This document shows positions 1 through 13,164 of a stretch of DNA of 64,000 nucleotides, one piece after another; the stretch's first letter is position 1, and each line of letters opens with the position of its first letter. The DNA comes from Octopus vulgaris (lineage: Eukaryota). Made by a program: the position numbers and the translations under genes. The notes under the pieces are model-generated. The model was not told the DNA's origin. It did not search any database and worked only from the letters and a program-made list of their open reading frames with translations. Where the stretch lies: the NCBI GenBank assembly GCA_951406725.2, contig OX597832.1, positions 12,648,001 to 12,712,000 of the forward strand, given 5' to 3'.

Positions 1-1452
1 AGTTTGAAAAATAATTCTGTTCCTTTTTATTCGTTGTTTAAAGTATAAACCAATGACTGTATATCATAAACACTATGTTTCAAATCTAACTTTAATTTGT
101 TTCCAAAAACAATCGTATAGCCTGATTTTTACTGTTACGATAAAATTTTCTTTAGAAATAGGAATTGTAGAACAAGACTTCTAATTTAAACCGTATTTAT
201 ATTATTGAATCTATAATAAAGGGAAATTTTTAATTGTGGACAGTATTTATAATTTCATTTACTTTAATCTTTTCCGCTTCGGGTTTTAAACCCACTTTGA
301 CAAATTTTAATTTCCTGAGTAGTAAAATATTCAATACCAGTTTCAACAGTTTTAGGTGGTTGACATATTACCACATATTTTTGTCCGCTAGCTGCTCTCA
401 TTTCCTTTGGCATCATCGTTATTTTGTCTAGACTCAAGTCATTCCTGAAGAAGCAAACCTATGATCAAATGTATTCCAGCTGTGAGCATCCAAATTTAGT
501 TTTCAAAGATATAATATTTGTAATTCAATATTGCCTATGATATACGGCAATTTCCCACATCAGTAAAGTGCAACCAGACATGGATTCCATTGCTCTCTCC
601 CTCTCCCCCTATTTTTCTTCTTTTTCTCTTTCGCTCTCAAATAGGATGGCCCACCAAGTATAGGCTCTCTCTGGGGATGCTTAGGATACTTGGCTGGATT
701 CTTTCTTGAACCGTATCTTAGTTACCTTGGTCTACACTGAATGCTTTTCCCAACTTCACCTCGAAGCGCGATTTGATAAGAGAGTTGTTTCTTCAGATTA
801 GAGAAGTAGATTGTACAACCTGTTGTATTTAGATAGAGATAGGCAGGCTGAGAGATTGAGATAAGTATCTTGTCATTAACACAATAAGATACTATCTACA
901 AAATTAGCAGCTAGTTTTACCTGCTTGAAAGTGAGATATCGTGGGAGGTAAAACGTTCAACAGTAAACGTCAGAACATGCTATATTTTGTACAAGGTGTT
1001 TTATTAAATGTCAGTGCTGAGATTAAATACCCGCATGAGTTGCACTTTCGTGACGTGATAAGCTCTTGTAAGCGCGCTTATATTTCCTGCAAACGTAATT
1101 TTCAAGTGTTCGTACTAAATTTTCAGTATTCTCCCCTTTCCTCACTTCTATCTTGGTGGTGGTGGTAGTGGTGGGGTATTCCTAAAACGCCGCTCGATTT
1201 AAGAAATTGGGTTCCTTTAGCAGAATTCATGCTATTCCGAAATGTCGAACAAATGTTCTAGTTCTCTCACCGCATTAAATAATAGTGGCAATGGTATTCA
1301 CATAATCAGTGTGGATATATTTACAAATGTAAGAAGCTTCTTTCACCTTTATTGACTAACATAAAAGCAATTATATTAAAAGTACAAGTAAACATAATCC
1401 ATTAACCATTCCTTTGTCTATGCTTCTATATTTCTAACTTATCAGTTTGTGA

Positions 1453-1568
1453 TAGGAAGTTTGCTGCCAAGCCATATGATTCCGGGATCGACCCCACCGC
1501 GTGGCACATCTACTATAGCCTGGAGCTGTGTGTAGACTTAGTAGATGAAACTGAAAGAAGCCCGTCAT
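1453..1568 (+). mobile_element. Degenerate partial tRNA-derived SINE (family B, same as 59838-60256)
   Basis: ccatatgattccgggatcgaccccaccgcgtggcac...tagatgaaactgaaagaagcccgtc aligns by eye to the reverse complement of 60095-60240; it runs into a (CA)n/(TA)n tract as the full copy does. Confidence 0.7.
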
Positions 1569-1626
1569 ACACGCACACACACACACACACATATATATAT
1601 AAACACACACACACACACACACACAT

Positions 1627-1684
<58 letters not shown>

Positions 1685-1745
1685 GTCCCTCTACCAGACT
1701 CTGACTACCGCTATTGTTCTGTTTACGTCGCTATTGATTAATGCT

Positions 1746-2092
1746 TGCCGCCACGTTCTGAGTTCAAATTCTGCCGAGGTCGACTTTGCCTTTCTTCCTT
1801 TCGGGGTCGATTAAATAAGTACCAGTTACGCCCTGGGGTCGATATAATCGACTTAATCCGTTTGTCTTTCCCTGTTTGTCCTCTCTGTGTTTAGCCCCTT
1901 GTGAGTAGTAAAGAAACAGGTATTTCGTCTGCCGCTACGTTCTGAGTTGAAATTCGTCCGAGGTCGACTTTGCATTTTATCCTTTCACGGGATATAAAGT
2001 ACCAGGTGTACACTGGTATCGATTTATTCGACTTAGCACTGCAACCACACTCTAAACTGCCGGCCTTGTTTCACCATTTGAACCCAGTATTA
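1746..2092 (+). mobile_element. Head-to-tail dimer of tRNA-derived SINE family A (both units 5'-truncated)
   Basis: Two units of cgttctgagttcaaatt.cgccgaggtcgactttgcctttcatcctttc with B-box-like GAGTTCAAAT; matches 25003-25231; second unit starts ~1919 and has a different tail. Confidence 0.9.
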
Positions 2093-3119
2093 AAGGGGAA
2101 AACCATATCAAAGATATGTAAATGTTGTATATAATATTAACGAGCTTTAAGGACATTTTTCTTTCTTAGATATTGAACTGTAACTTTGCACTAAGGATTC
2201 TGGTTTCTGGAAACAATTAATATAATCGCCACTGGCACATAATTATAATCTATTTCTTCGTTCATACGAAAATAAAAGACACTGTCCATTTGCGACAGGT
2301 TTCTAATTCAGAACGTTAAGAGTTTGTTTATATAATTAAAAGACATAACTGCAGGAAAGAAAACCATTATCAGTGATATTCATTGCTTTATTTTGTAAAA
2401 TAATACAAACATGTTAAAATTCCCTGAGAAAATACAAGATGGTAATACCAATAACCAGAAATTTACATAAATATTGAATTTGAAAAAAATTATTTCTCAA
2501 AAATATTAATTTTGAAACACCAAACATAAAGTTATGATGTAAAATTTGGCAATGTAAAATGATAAAATGTGTTTGGTTAATGTTACTAAACTAATTAATA
2601 TTAATGCATATTTATCTTAGTAAATCACATAGGCATTTATGATTGAACATAAACAAACACTTAAAGAAATAGTGCGAATAAGCAACATAATATAATGACG
2701 ATGTATCTAGGATTGTATGTATTTAAATTTCTACGTATTAACTCTTGTAGATTTATATATGAATATGTGTATACAAACACACATACACCTACACACACAC
2801 ACACACATAAACGCACTCGAGAACACAAAAACACGCATACATATGTAGCTTCACACACTTATTTCTGTATATTGTATTGCAATTATTGTATTTATAAAAG
2901 AAATATACTCGTCTTTCATCCTTCAGAGTACCTATATAGAAGAAGAATCTCCATAAAAACACCACATGATATCCATCATATTACGTCACCAACTTTAATG
3001 CTTATTCTGTCTTTTGTATATTTGCTACGTTTCCTACACATTTCTACACTTAAATACAGATGTATAATTTCCCCTTTAAATCAGAAATTGCATTTACACA
3101 TTCCCCATTGCATTTCCTT

Positions 3120-3286
3120 AAGTGAATATACATACATATATATATATATATATATGTCTATCTATGTATCTGTATGTATGCATGATTATATATATATATA
3201 TATATATAGATAGATATGTATATATATATATATATGTACATATATATATATATATACATATATATGTACATATGTATATATATATA

Positions 3287-3336
<50 letters not shown>

Positions 3337-3346
3337 TATATATATA

Positions 3347-3382
<36 letters not shown>

Positions 3383-3389
3383 GTGTGTG

Positions 3390-3466
<77 letters not shown>
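3120..3466. repeat. (TA)n-dominated compound microsatellite
   Basis: Visible TA/TG/TATG runs; source of poly-YI ORFs. Confidence 0.95.
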
Positions 3467-3468
<2 letters not shown>

Positions 3469-4084
3469 CACTAATCTACTTTCTGTCCTTCTCTCGCTTT
3501 CTCTCTCCCATCTTTTTCTCTTTTCTTAAGTTTTATACTGTTTCTATCGAGAGTAATAGCGTACGTTTTGCAACGAATCAGATAAAATACATTAAAAATA
3601 CCAAAATAAATAATAATAGAACGTTTCAAATTATACCAATTTCAGAAACATTCTTAAAAGCTTATTTATTTCAATTTTGTAGGTAAGTGGTCAACGTGTT
3701 TCTGCTTCGAATTTCTTTCTTTACTGCAAGCATGCAAGACATGTACGTACGTAAATGCATCTTTTGAAATTGATTTCCTCGACAACGAACCAGTTTCGAA
3801 ATGGTATGTATATTTACCTCTCCATTGAATATATTAATATATTACATCTTCAACTTTACTAGCATCACATGCTGCGCTTCCATTGAAACCGAACATTTCA
3901 ATGTTGTCATCGCTTCTCGACCATATGGGCTGCAGTATGAATCTGTATCAAAGAGTATTGAAGTAAATGTTCCGTGATATACAGAAAACACATAAGTTCT
4001 TCTGAACACACTGACACAGACACACACACATTCACATACAAACACACGTAGACACACATGCACATACACACATATAGTTATGTG

Positions 4085-4099
4085 CATATGTAATATTTA

Positions 4100-4139
<40 letters not shown>

Positions 4140-4186
4140 TATACACGTATGTACGTGTATATGTATGTATGTATGTATCTATCTAT

Positions 4187-4244
<58 letters not shown>

Positions 4245-4372
4245 ATATGTATATACATCGATATAAATATATATAAGTATACTAATATAGATATATATAT
4301 GTGTATATATATGTATATCTATATATATTTATATATATAAATACATGCGCGCACGTGTGTATACATAATAAT

Positions 4373-4460
<88 letters not shown>

Positions 4461-4490
4461 CGCGCGCGTGTGTGTACATGTGAGTGTGTA
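4085..4490. repeat. (TA)n/(TG)n compound microsatellite
   Basis: Directly visible dinucleotide runs. Confidence 0.9.
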
Positions 4491-4807
4491 TCTTTGTATG
4501 CTGTTAAATTTTGTGTTAGATGCAGCTATGTAATGTAAATATTATCGATGTGTGTTTTTAAAGGCTTTTTTGACGTGGCATTTTGTTCAGGGAGTGCTCC
4601 CTTAAAGAAATATAGTGCTAAGAAAATAACAAAAAAAAAAACGACGCATTATGCTCCGGAACGAAACTCATTTCCGCCCCAAGTGAGGTGAATCAGAACG
4701 GCAGATATCGACATTTCACCATTATTTCAGATAATCTGTTTCCATTAATTATAATTGCTTCAATGGTCAAATTTAAAAAAAAAAAATTGTTTTACTTGTA
4801 TGGCAGA

Positions 4808-5217
4808 CTAGCAGTATCGCCCGGCGTTGCTCGGGTTTGTAAGGGAAATAATTACATAAGCATTTTTAGAGAGTTATAGCCAAAAAATAGCAAAAAAATG
4901 CATTAAAAATGGAAAAAAAAAATTATGGTAATTTTTTTTTTAAATTGTTGACTCATCGTAGACATTTTGTAGACATTTTTAGAGAGTTACGTCCCTTATA
5001 TAATAACGAAAAAATGCATTAAAATGGAAAAAAATGATGGTATTTTTGTTTTTAATCGTAGACTCATTGTAGACGCGCGCTAATACCCAGAAGAGCTCGA
5101 TATGAATCACGACTATAAGATACCCGCTTTTGGTTACGCTGCACCGCAAAATGTGGGAGTAGTTAGGAATCTAAATCGTAGGAGACAGACACACAACCTC
5201 ACTTTTATATATAAAGA
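4808..5217 (-). mobile_element. Non-autonomous Helitron (H1)
   Basis: Minus strand reads A|TCTTTATATATAAAAG...CCCGAGCAACGCCGGGCGATACTGCTAG|T: 5' TC, 3' CTAG, GC-rich subterminal hairpin, insertion between A and T, no TSD. Internal ~115-bp duplication (catttttagagagtta...gtagac). 3' end shared with 38517-38902. Confidence 0.85.
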
Positions 5218-5380
5218 TTTCCCAGACCGCTGGTACGGTGTTTCAGCAGGTCGTCATCTATTGTCTCTCATACAACGTAATGGCAGGGGAATACTGGACT
5301 ACCCACCTGCCTAGCTAGCAGGGTGATAACTAGCGAAAGCTTAAACAAATCAAGAAAGCGCATTGAGACGAGGATCTAAT
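5218..5380 (+). mobile_element. Old relic resembling SINE family C
   Basis: ttcccagaccg (end of the family C head) and ctagcagggtg...aaagcgcattgagac resemble the reverse complement of the 9042-9140 tail; highly diverged. Confidence 0.35.
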
Positions 5381-5408
5381 AAATGGTATAGGGGTATATA
5401 TTTATTAA

Positions 5409-6091
5409 CTAGCTGATGTACCAGGTAATAAATTACCGTTAATAAGATATCTGTTTATTGCAATGAAACATTTTTCGTCAACTTTCGACATTTTTCAAAA
5501 ATTTAAAATCTATTTTGACGAGTATGACCAATTTGATGAAAAAATAAGCAGAGTCTTGTAGCGAACCCGTGTCGTAGTAATTTTTTACATGTGCGTAAAA
5601 TGGCGAAGTTTTACGCTTTCGGGCAGGTTTCGTGAACGTAATGTTACCACGGCTAGTGAACAAAATGCCTAAATTTTGCTTGAGAAATAAAATGCTCTTA
5701 CCTAATCAAAACCTGAAACGCTGTGGAATTAAAACAACGAATTGAAATAAGTTTTAGCAAATCAAAACAATTCGCATTGAAATGAAGAATTAGCAAATCC
5801 TAAATAAATGTCCGTTCAGAAGCTGTTTGTTTCTACCTATGAAATACTTTCGTCAAATATCTGCATTTGTCGTGAAATTGATGTCACGATGGCTAGTGCG
5901 AAAAATGCCGAGGTTTTTGAAAAATCGATGCTGATTAAAAATCGATTTTTTAAAACTTCCAAGTGCGTAAGTGATCGCATGGGCATAAGCCTCCCACAGG
6001 TGTCATGTTTCATCAAGGTCTTTTGGATAGTCTCGGAGGAGTTAAAGTAACAAATTCTCAAACGCAAAAAGTTGACATTTATTATTATAGA
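5409..6091 (-). mobile_element. Non-autonomous Helitron (H2), different family
   Basis: Minus strand reads A|TCTATAATAATAAATGTC...CGGTAATTTATTACCTGGTACATCAGCTAG|T: TC start, GGTAAT/ATTACC hairpin before the CTAG end, AT target. Confidence 0.75.
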
Positions 6092-7671
6092 TAAAATAGT
6101 ATATTTGCAATGTTAGGGATCCCTTCCCAATTCCATACTGGTATACAATCTTTTGAAACCTACGTATCTTCATCACATATCAGCTCCAAACTATATTTAC
6201 TATATAGAGAGCAAGACTTTCACTTCTGGGTTTCTAGGGAATATTTCCATCGCTAACGGGAGATGAGTCGCTGCTATCTTAACTTGTCGAGTGTTCATCA
6301 ATGAGGAGACCATACACATACGTACATATGTATATATACATAGATATACACTTATAAACACATACATGCACATTTACATATGCATATGTACGTATTTGTA
6401 CATACATATATGTGTGTGTATGTATAAATATATATAATTATATATGTATATATGCGTGTGTATATATATGCATATACTTAAATGTATTTGTAAGGTTTCA
6501 CCATATTCTTACTCCACTCCATTCCACGTTGTCTAAGACTACTAAAACAGCAGCGAAACTCATTAATTATGAAGAAAACGGAAATTAATAATAAGAGTAT
6601 AAATGATTTTTTTAGTAATCCATGCTAATTAACAACTCTATAGATTGGAATTTGTTTTGTGTTAATCTCACCTAAAAAGCGAACTCATTATGATGTAAAC
6701 TAGGTCGAGGTGAATCAATCTATTACAACGATTTGAGAAAGGATGTTTCTAAAGAAGTTTCCAAGGCAATATTAATTGCTTAAAACAAAATGAAGTAGAC
6801 AAACAAAAAGCACGTTCATATCTATTCATCATTCACTCAGCCAGAATAAACGTGTTACTCGCATGAATTCAGACAATTTACTGATGCTTATTATATTCTC
6901 GCGAAGCTTGACGTACCACAAGTGCGATAAGTAATGGGGGAAAAATAAAACGTATAATAGATTAAAAGAGAATTTTCAACAAACAACATTGACGCATACG
7001 ATGCCTTCCTATAATCGTATAGCACAGATGTGATTTCGTGCTGTATTCATCCAAGTAAAAAGTACGAGGGTTGAGGATTTAGGCCAGCTTCACGATTCAA
7101 AAGACCTCTACGCATCCATGTGACTGTACGATAGGCAGATTTTCTTTGGGATAGCTTTGGGAGCCACAAGGTATTGAGAACAGAACGGGAAGTCGTATAT
7201 ACATACAAACATACATACGTACATACAGACAGAGAGACAGACAGAGAGACAGTTACACATATACTGCATTAAATTGAAGGATATCTCGATGCTTTTTAAG
7301 GGTAGCTTGTTAACAATTTTTCAACTGAAACGCAAAGATATACACGCCACTAAAGCGACTAAAGGCACTATTCAGCAGCAGCATTGCTAGAAATAAGAGT
7401 CAAAACAAATCAGAGCCACGATAAACACTATCTTAATAAATGACAAGGGAGGCAAGTTCCACCAACACCTGCATTTATATTAATATTCGTCAGTGGCTCT
7501 TACCCGCAACTAGGGTTACATTTAACTCGCCTTATCTGCTTATAAGATCACTGTAGATATCATACGTTGATTTCATAAATGGTAAAAGTGAAAATTATAA
7601 ATAAGCGTGGCTTGTAAGCAAGTTTCCAATAGAAAGGCAAACATGCATAGTAACATGCATGTATGCCATTG

Positions 7672-7852
7672 CTCGGTTATATTTCAAGATTTCTTACCAA
7701 TAGAGAAAGAGCCGGTTTCTAATCCACATCCAAGGCACCTTCATCTGAATTTCAACATCATCAATGGGATACATTTGTATGTATGTATGTATGTATGTAT
7801 GTATGTATGTATGTATGTATGTATGTATGTATGTATGTATGTATGTATGTAT
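7672..7852 (+). mobile_element. 3' end of an unidentified retroposon with (GTAT)n tail
   Basis: ~100 bp (ttcaagatttcttaccaatagagaaag...ccaaggcaccttca...gaatttcaacatca) recurs inverted at 21410-21518; both copies are followed by TATG-type repeats. Confidence 0.6.
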
Positions 7853-8083
7853 GCGTGCAGATGTGTATGTTTTGTTTCATGTATGTCTTATGTATATAAT
7901 TGCATATCTAGACATGATATAGCTGACCATAGTTACATAAATTATCCTAGGTGCGTACGTATGCGCGTTAATATTCATGTACCTAGATAAATGGATGGTC
8001 ATAAGTGCACATATACACACACACACACAATCAGTTACATACCCATACAAACATATACACAAACACACACACACACACACACG

Positions 8084-8117
<34 letters not shown>

Positions 8118-9041
8118 AACACAACGTTGGGTTATAGGTTTCTTTAACTAGGAATGATGCTTACGAGCACGCACATACATACACATGTATGTATATATAA
8201 ATACATAGTGCATTGTGTGCAGTTAAAATTGCGTCTCATTTGCTATTTGTAGCTTGTACATATTTGGTTAAATTAAACGTTTGTTGAACGTTTATATAGG
8301 TCCTTGCAATATGTATATGTGTGTCTAAGTGAGTACATGTGTGTGCGTATTTATATATATTCGCAGACAAAGATACATACATTCATACATCATTCATAAA
8401 TACACACTCACACACACATATATATACACACATGCATTCACTAATATATGTGCACTTCTCTGTGTAAGCGTAGATATTTTATCAAATTACGACTCATTGT
8501 TGCTATTCTCAAATATGGTTGTCTAAATATAGACAGTCTATTAAGAAAGAGAAATAAAGTGAAATATATATGGCGACAAAACTAAAAACTCAAATGAAAT
8601 AGCTATCTTGCAAAGTACCAAAGGTAATTGTATTACTTATATGTCAAAACATAACTGGAAAACGATTGAGTTTCTTGCGTTGTATCTTTGACAACATGAC
8701 CTTAAATTCTCTACTATTCGTTCTATAAATATCTGTCGATATTCAATATTTTCCAGAGATCATACCGCAAATTCAATATGTGTGTTGGTTTATTCCTATG
8801 TTTTTAGTTTATCTACGTATACAATATTATGTGCAAATTATTCCCTTACAGCACTGACTCACAATATACATCTCACATATTATATATCGAGAGGGATGTA
8901 AAAAAAGAGACTTTAAAGATAATGGTTTGTATAATAAAATGTTTGGGTATTACCATATGGCAGCAGTCATAGTGTAAAATGGCTTATAAAAAGTATTATT
9001 TTATGATCAGAATATCTCCTGACAGAAAAAGTATACATTCT

Positions 9042-9334
9042 TATCACGATGATCACCGTGACCATCAGATATTACTACACATCGCTGGTCACAATGCGCT
9101 TCGCATTGTTTTAGCCTTCAAATGCCACCACCCCGCTGGCTAAACAAACAGGTCAACAGAAGAAAGAGTGAAAGTTGTGGTGGTAGAGTACAGCAGGGGT
9201 CGCCACCACCCCCTGCCGGAGACTCGTGGAGCTTTAGGTGTATTCGCTCAATAAACACTCACAACGCCCAGTCTGGGAATCGAAACTACGATCGCGTGTC
9301 CGCTGCACTAACCATTGGGCCATTGCGCCTCCAC
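9042..9334 (-). mobile_element. tRNA-derived SINE family C, tail type 1
   Basis: Minus-strand head GGAGGCGCAATGGCCCAATGGTTAG (A box)...GTTTCGATTCCC (B box); body shared with 9984-10283, 31307-31660 and 42555-42776. Confidence 0.9.
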
Positions 9335-9475
9335 ATAAATTCATATAATATATAAGATACCTAAATAACTCTTTTCTACAGTGTTTTGACAATAGTGCTT
9401 AAAGTGTCAAGGTACGCTGCCTATTTAGGTGTGTTTAGCTGTAACGGGCAGATTGTTAGAACCATGTCGACAGTA

Positions 9476-9617
9476 TATCTACATCAGCTCATGACTACAT
9501 AGGCACCGAAATCATAATATATTTTACGAACCCATACTCGCTAGTGAGGGCCAGCTTTAATGTTACTAAAAAATGAAATCATTGACGCTGATTTCGAGAA
9601 TAGGCCTTATTCTTCGG
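9476..9617 (+). repeat. ~140-bp dispersed repeat, copy 1
   Basis: tatctacatcagctcatgactacatagg...cgagaataggccttattc recurs in direct orientation at 14085-14231. Confidence 0.85.
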
Positions 9618-9983
9618 TTTTGAGTTTAATTCCCTACCAGCCTTTAGTGTATTGTGTAAGGAATCTAAAATATCCAGATATATTTAAGCCAAAATCATCA
9701 TTAAAATACATCCATTGTCCATGCTTTAATTCTGACTAGAATTACAAAGATATTAATTGCATATGTTCAATCTAAAGGAAAAAAAGTTAAGGAACCAAAG
9801 ATACGGGCGTACTAATCAATACGCTAACATAGCTCACCAACAGAATGTAACATCATGTTGAAGACATCGAACGCGTCGTTATACAAACCAAAGATTCGAT
9901 CAAAATAGGAAACCGAAGGCCAGCGGAAACAAAGCAAATAGACATATCAGAAAAATGATAATACATGTCAAATGACACGTCGT

Positions 9984-10283
9984 CCTTTTCAAGCCTAGCC
10001 AGGCTCATGGGCCCGGTTTCCCGGTTTCTGTGGCGCATGTGTACCCCCCAGCTGGACGGGACGCCAGTCCATCGCAGCGTTACTCAAGAAACAGGAAGAG
10101 AGTATGAGAGAAAGTTGTGACGAAAGAGTACAGCAGGGGTTGCCACCACTCCCTGCCGGAGCCTTATGGAGTTCTTAGGTGTTTTCACTCAATAAACACA
10201 CACAACGCCCGGTCTGGGAATCGAAACCACGATCTTCCGACCGCGAGTCCGCTGCCTTAACCACTGGGACGTTGCGCCTCCAC
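9984..10283 (-). mobile_element. tRNA-derived SINE family C, tail type 2
   Basis: Same head (CCCAGTGGTTAAGGCAGCGGACTCGCGGTCGGAAGATCGTGGTTTCGATTCCC) and body; tail ctgcgatggactggcgtcccgtccag...agaaaccggg. Confidence 0.9.
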
Positions 10284-11275
10284 ATGCATGTGTAATACAC
10301 CGATGAAAAAATCAATGCATATATGTTATTTATATTTATTTTAGTTGTTGTAAACAGATCATATCTTGGCTGTTTATCTATCTTTCTTGGCAGTTAGATA
10401 CTTCCAATTAATTCAAAGGAGAATTAAATTTGGGGACGCGAAAAGGAAAAGTATTTTTAAAGATTCATTTAATTTTCTTATTTAGCTCTTACGAAACTTT
10501 CTATAATTGCTGCATATCGGATTTCAGGGTATATACGGGTCAATTCTCAGTTCAAAGTAAGGGATTCCTAACGAGATCTTGAGTCGTAACATAATACAAT
10601 TCGGTCATGGCAAAGGTTCACAATTTATTCAGATATGCAGGAAGAATATAAGCCGTGCTTCCACTGAGAGATGCTAGCAGTACTTACTTTCTAAGATGCG
10701 TTATTTAATCCAAGTTAATGTATGATAAATAGCAATAAGAAGCACCAAATATCTATTTGAAGTCTTTCTGAAAAGTACAGTTAAGAATTCCCTCGACGTT
10801 CTTACCTTGTATAGAGAATGGTGTATTTATAATTCTTCTGGTGCCAGAGAAATGTTGTTTCGTTCCAGAAATATACAATATGATATTAAAAGAACTTTGA
10901 ATCAAATTCAAAAATTGACTCACCTCTGCAGTATACATGCTGCAGGTATCCAGGCGTTTTCGTGTCTGTACCACATGCTTTGCAAAAGAAATATTGGCGG
11001 TATAGAAATAATTTGCATTATAACCTAGCAGCTTATGCTTATTTGCATATATTATGGAGATACCCCGACGAAAAGCAAAAAATAGAATTTATAGCTCACG
11101 GGTGTAGTATATTTTCTTTTCTTTTTTTTTTATTCAGCGAAAGATTATTTCAGCGGTACAATTAAAAATGCGACCATGTTTCACAAAATATCAAATTATA
11201 GCAATTATATTATGTGTTATGCTGTATGTATACACGTGTCTGCATATTTGTGTCTAGTTGGATACACGTACATAC

Positions 11276-11401
<126 letters not shown>

Positions 11402-11949
11402 AAAAAATTAAGTTCGAAAATGCTGCTGTATTATACATTTTTTTATTTTTATATATATACATTATAACATGTTTCAGTTCCTGAAATGAACTTTATCAAA
11501 AAAAGTTATATATAAAAAAAGACAGCTCATGCCGTCAAACACAAGAAATTCATTTATAATACACAACGGAGTCAGACATCTTAGAGTTCATGTATAGTTG
11601 ATATATAGTTCATGTATAGTTGATATATAGTTTGAAGTATATGTTCAAAGTGTTCGATGCAGTGGCCCACGGTGGCGATACGTATTCAATACAAAAAACA
11701 TATCAAAGTGGTGGAAAGCGGTCAATACAGAAGATTGATGTTTCCGAAAGAGCGAGGAATTCATTTTTACCTTAAGCAAATGTGATGACCCATGGTGGAT
11801 GTTCGCTGGGTGGTTCTAATGAGTTTTTGCGAGTGCGTATCCCTACTTGCATAGATATATGCCTGTATGTGTGTTTTTATGAGAACATGAAAGTAGAAGA
11901 TAAGTTATTCAAGCTTTTAAATACATAAACCAACATTCTTCGTGCATTT

Positions 11950-13145
11950 GCTACGTTACTTCCTTGTTGTTAATACTTGCACAAACGTACAGTGGATTGG
12001 CAGAATTAGTTGAATGGTAGAGAGCAAATTTTTCGATATTTACATGAGACCTTTTATGTTCTTGTTCGTGTTCTGAGTAGGTCATATTTTGAGATGTCTG
12101 GAGAAATTAGGCCGGATCAAGTGATGTTTCATTATGTGGGATCTTTGCCTTAAGTTAGCCAATGAGAAAAGAAATTCTATGTTATATCAACACGAGTATA
12201 AGAATGGTATTTATTTAGTGATCCTATGTGTGAGTTGGAGATTGTATGTTGGTATCTTTACGCCAATTTGCCAGGTGATAATTTTAGGGATACCCTCTAG
12301 GAAGTATAAGCTGATGGGTTAGTGCCATATTCGAAGAATAATACAGTGTAGTTGTGGATCTTCCGTCAGGTTTGTAGAAGATTATTAATTGACAGAAAAT
12401 GCAGTATTTTATGGACGAAAATGGAATTTCTGTACACTAGGATGTACATTTTACTATGTTAAGTGCGTCCACCAGGTCAATTTTGAAGTGATAGTGAGAA
12501 GAAGCTAATGAAATGATCATGGGAGCTCTAATTAATTATGGAACAGCAATAATGCATTATTGATATGGACACTAATTGTAGTTTTTGTTGCTGTCGGAAG
12601 ATACAAGATTGTCATGGTACAATTGATGTTTAATCCGAGTTACTTTCAGTGTATGACATTGTGTAATGGAAAGCGTGTCTACTGAATTTGAAGAAGGTAG
12701 ACAGAGTTGAGTTCTTCGGGGGAGCTAATTTTAGTATATGACTGAAACGAGAGTGGTTTCTCTTCTATTTAAATAGGATAAAGACTAATGCATTTCCGAA
12801 GGTGAAGATATATTCTGGGTTTAATAGAAAAGAGGTAACATGAGATACGGGCAAAATAGAAGAAATGGCAAGGTATAGAACATAATATTTGTATTTGAAC
12901 TGTACGACATATAGACGGGCTTTCAACTTGCCTGAGTTCAGTGGTATGGAAGGTATCATTTTAACGGATTCGGTACAGAGTAAATTGTAAGCAAGCTCCT
13001 ATCAAAGTGTCAGGATTCTCTGAAAAGTTTTCTCTTGGACAAAGGAATAGCTGCAGTCTGAAACTGAGTGCTGTGTAAATTAGTGGTCACGCATTGTGGT
13101 TCACGTAATGGTGTTGTAATTGCCATCTGGATTTTTAAAGGTGAG
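11950..13145 (-). mobile_element. Decayed LINE ORF2 C-terminal part (L1/Tx1-like)
   Basis: Purine-skewed block; minus strand near 12410-12340 gives KYCIFC...EDPQLHC, like the C-terminal Cys/His knuckle; colinear with the RT remnant at 14232-15100. Many stops and frameshifts. Confidence 0.45.
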
Positions 13146-13164
13146 GTGATTTATTTAAAATTTT

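Noticed and set aside
11585-11632. 23-bp tandem duplication agttcatgtatagttgatatat
   Set aside because: Ordinary local slippage duplication.
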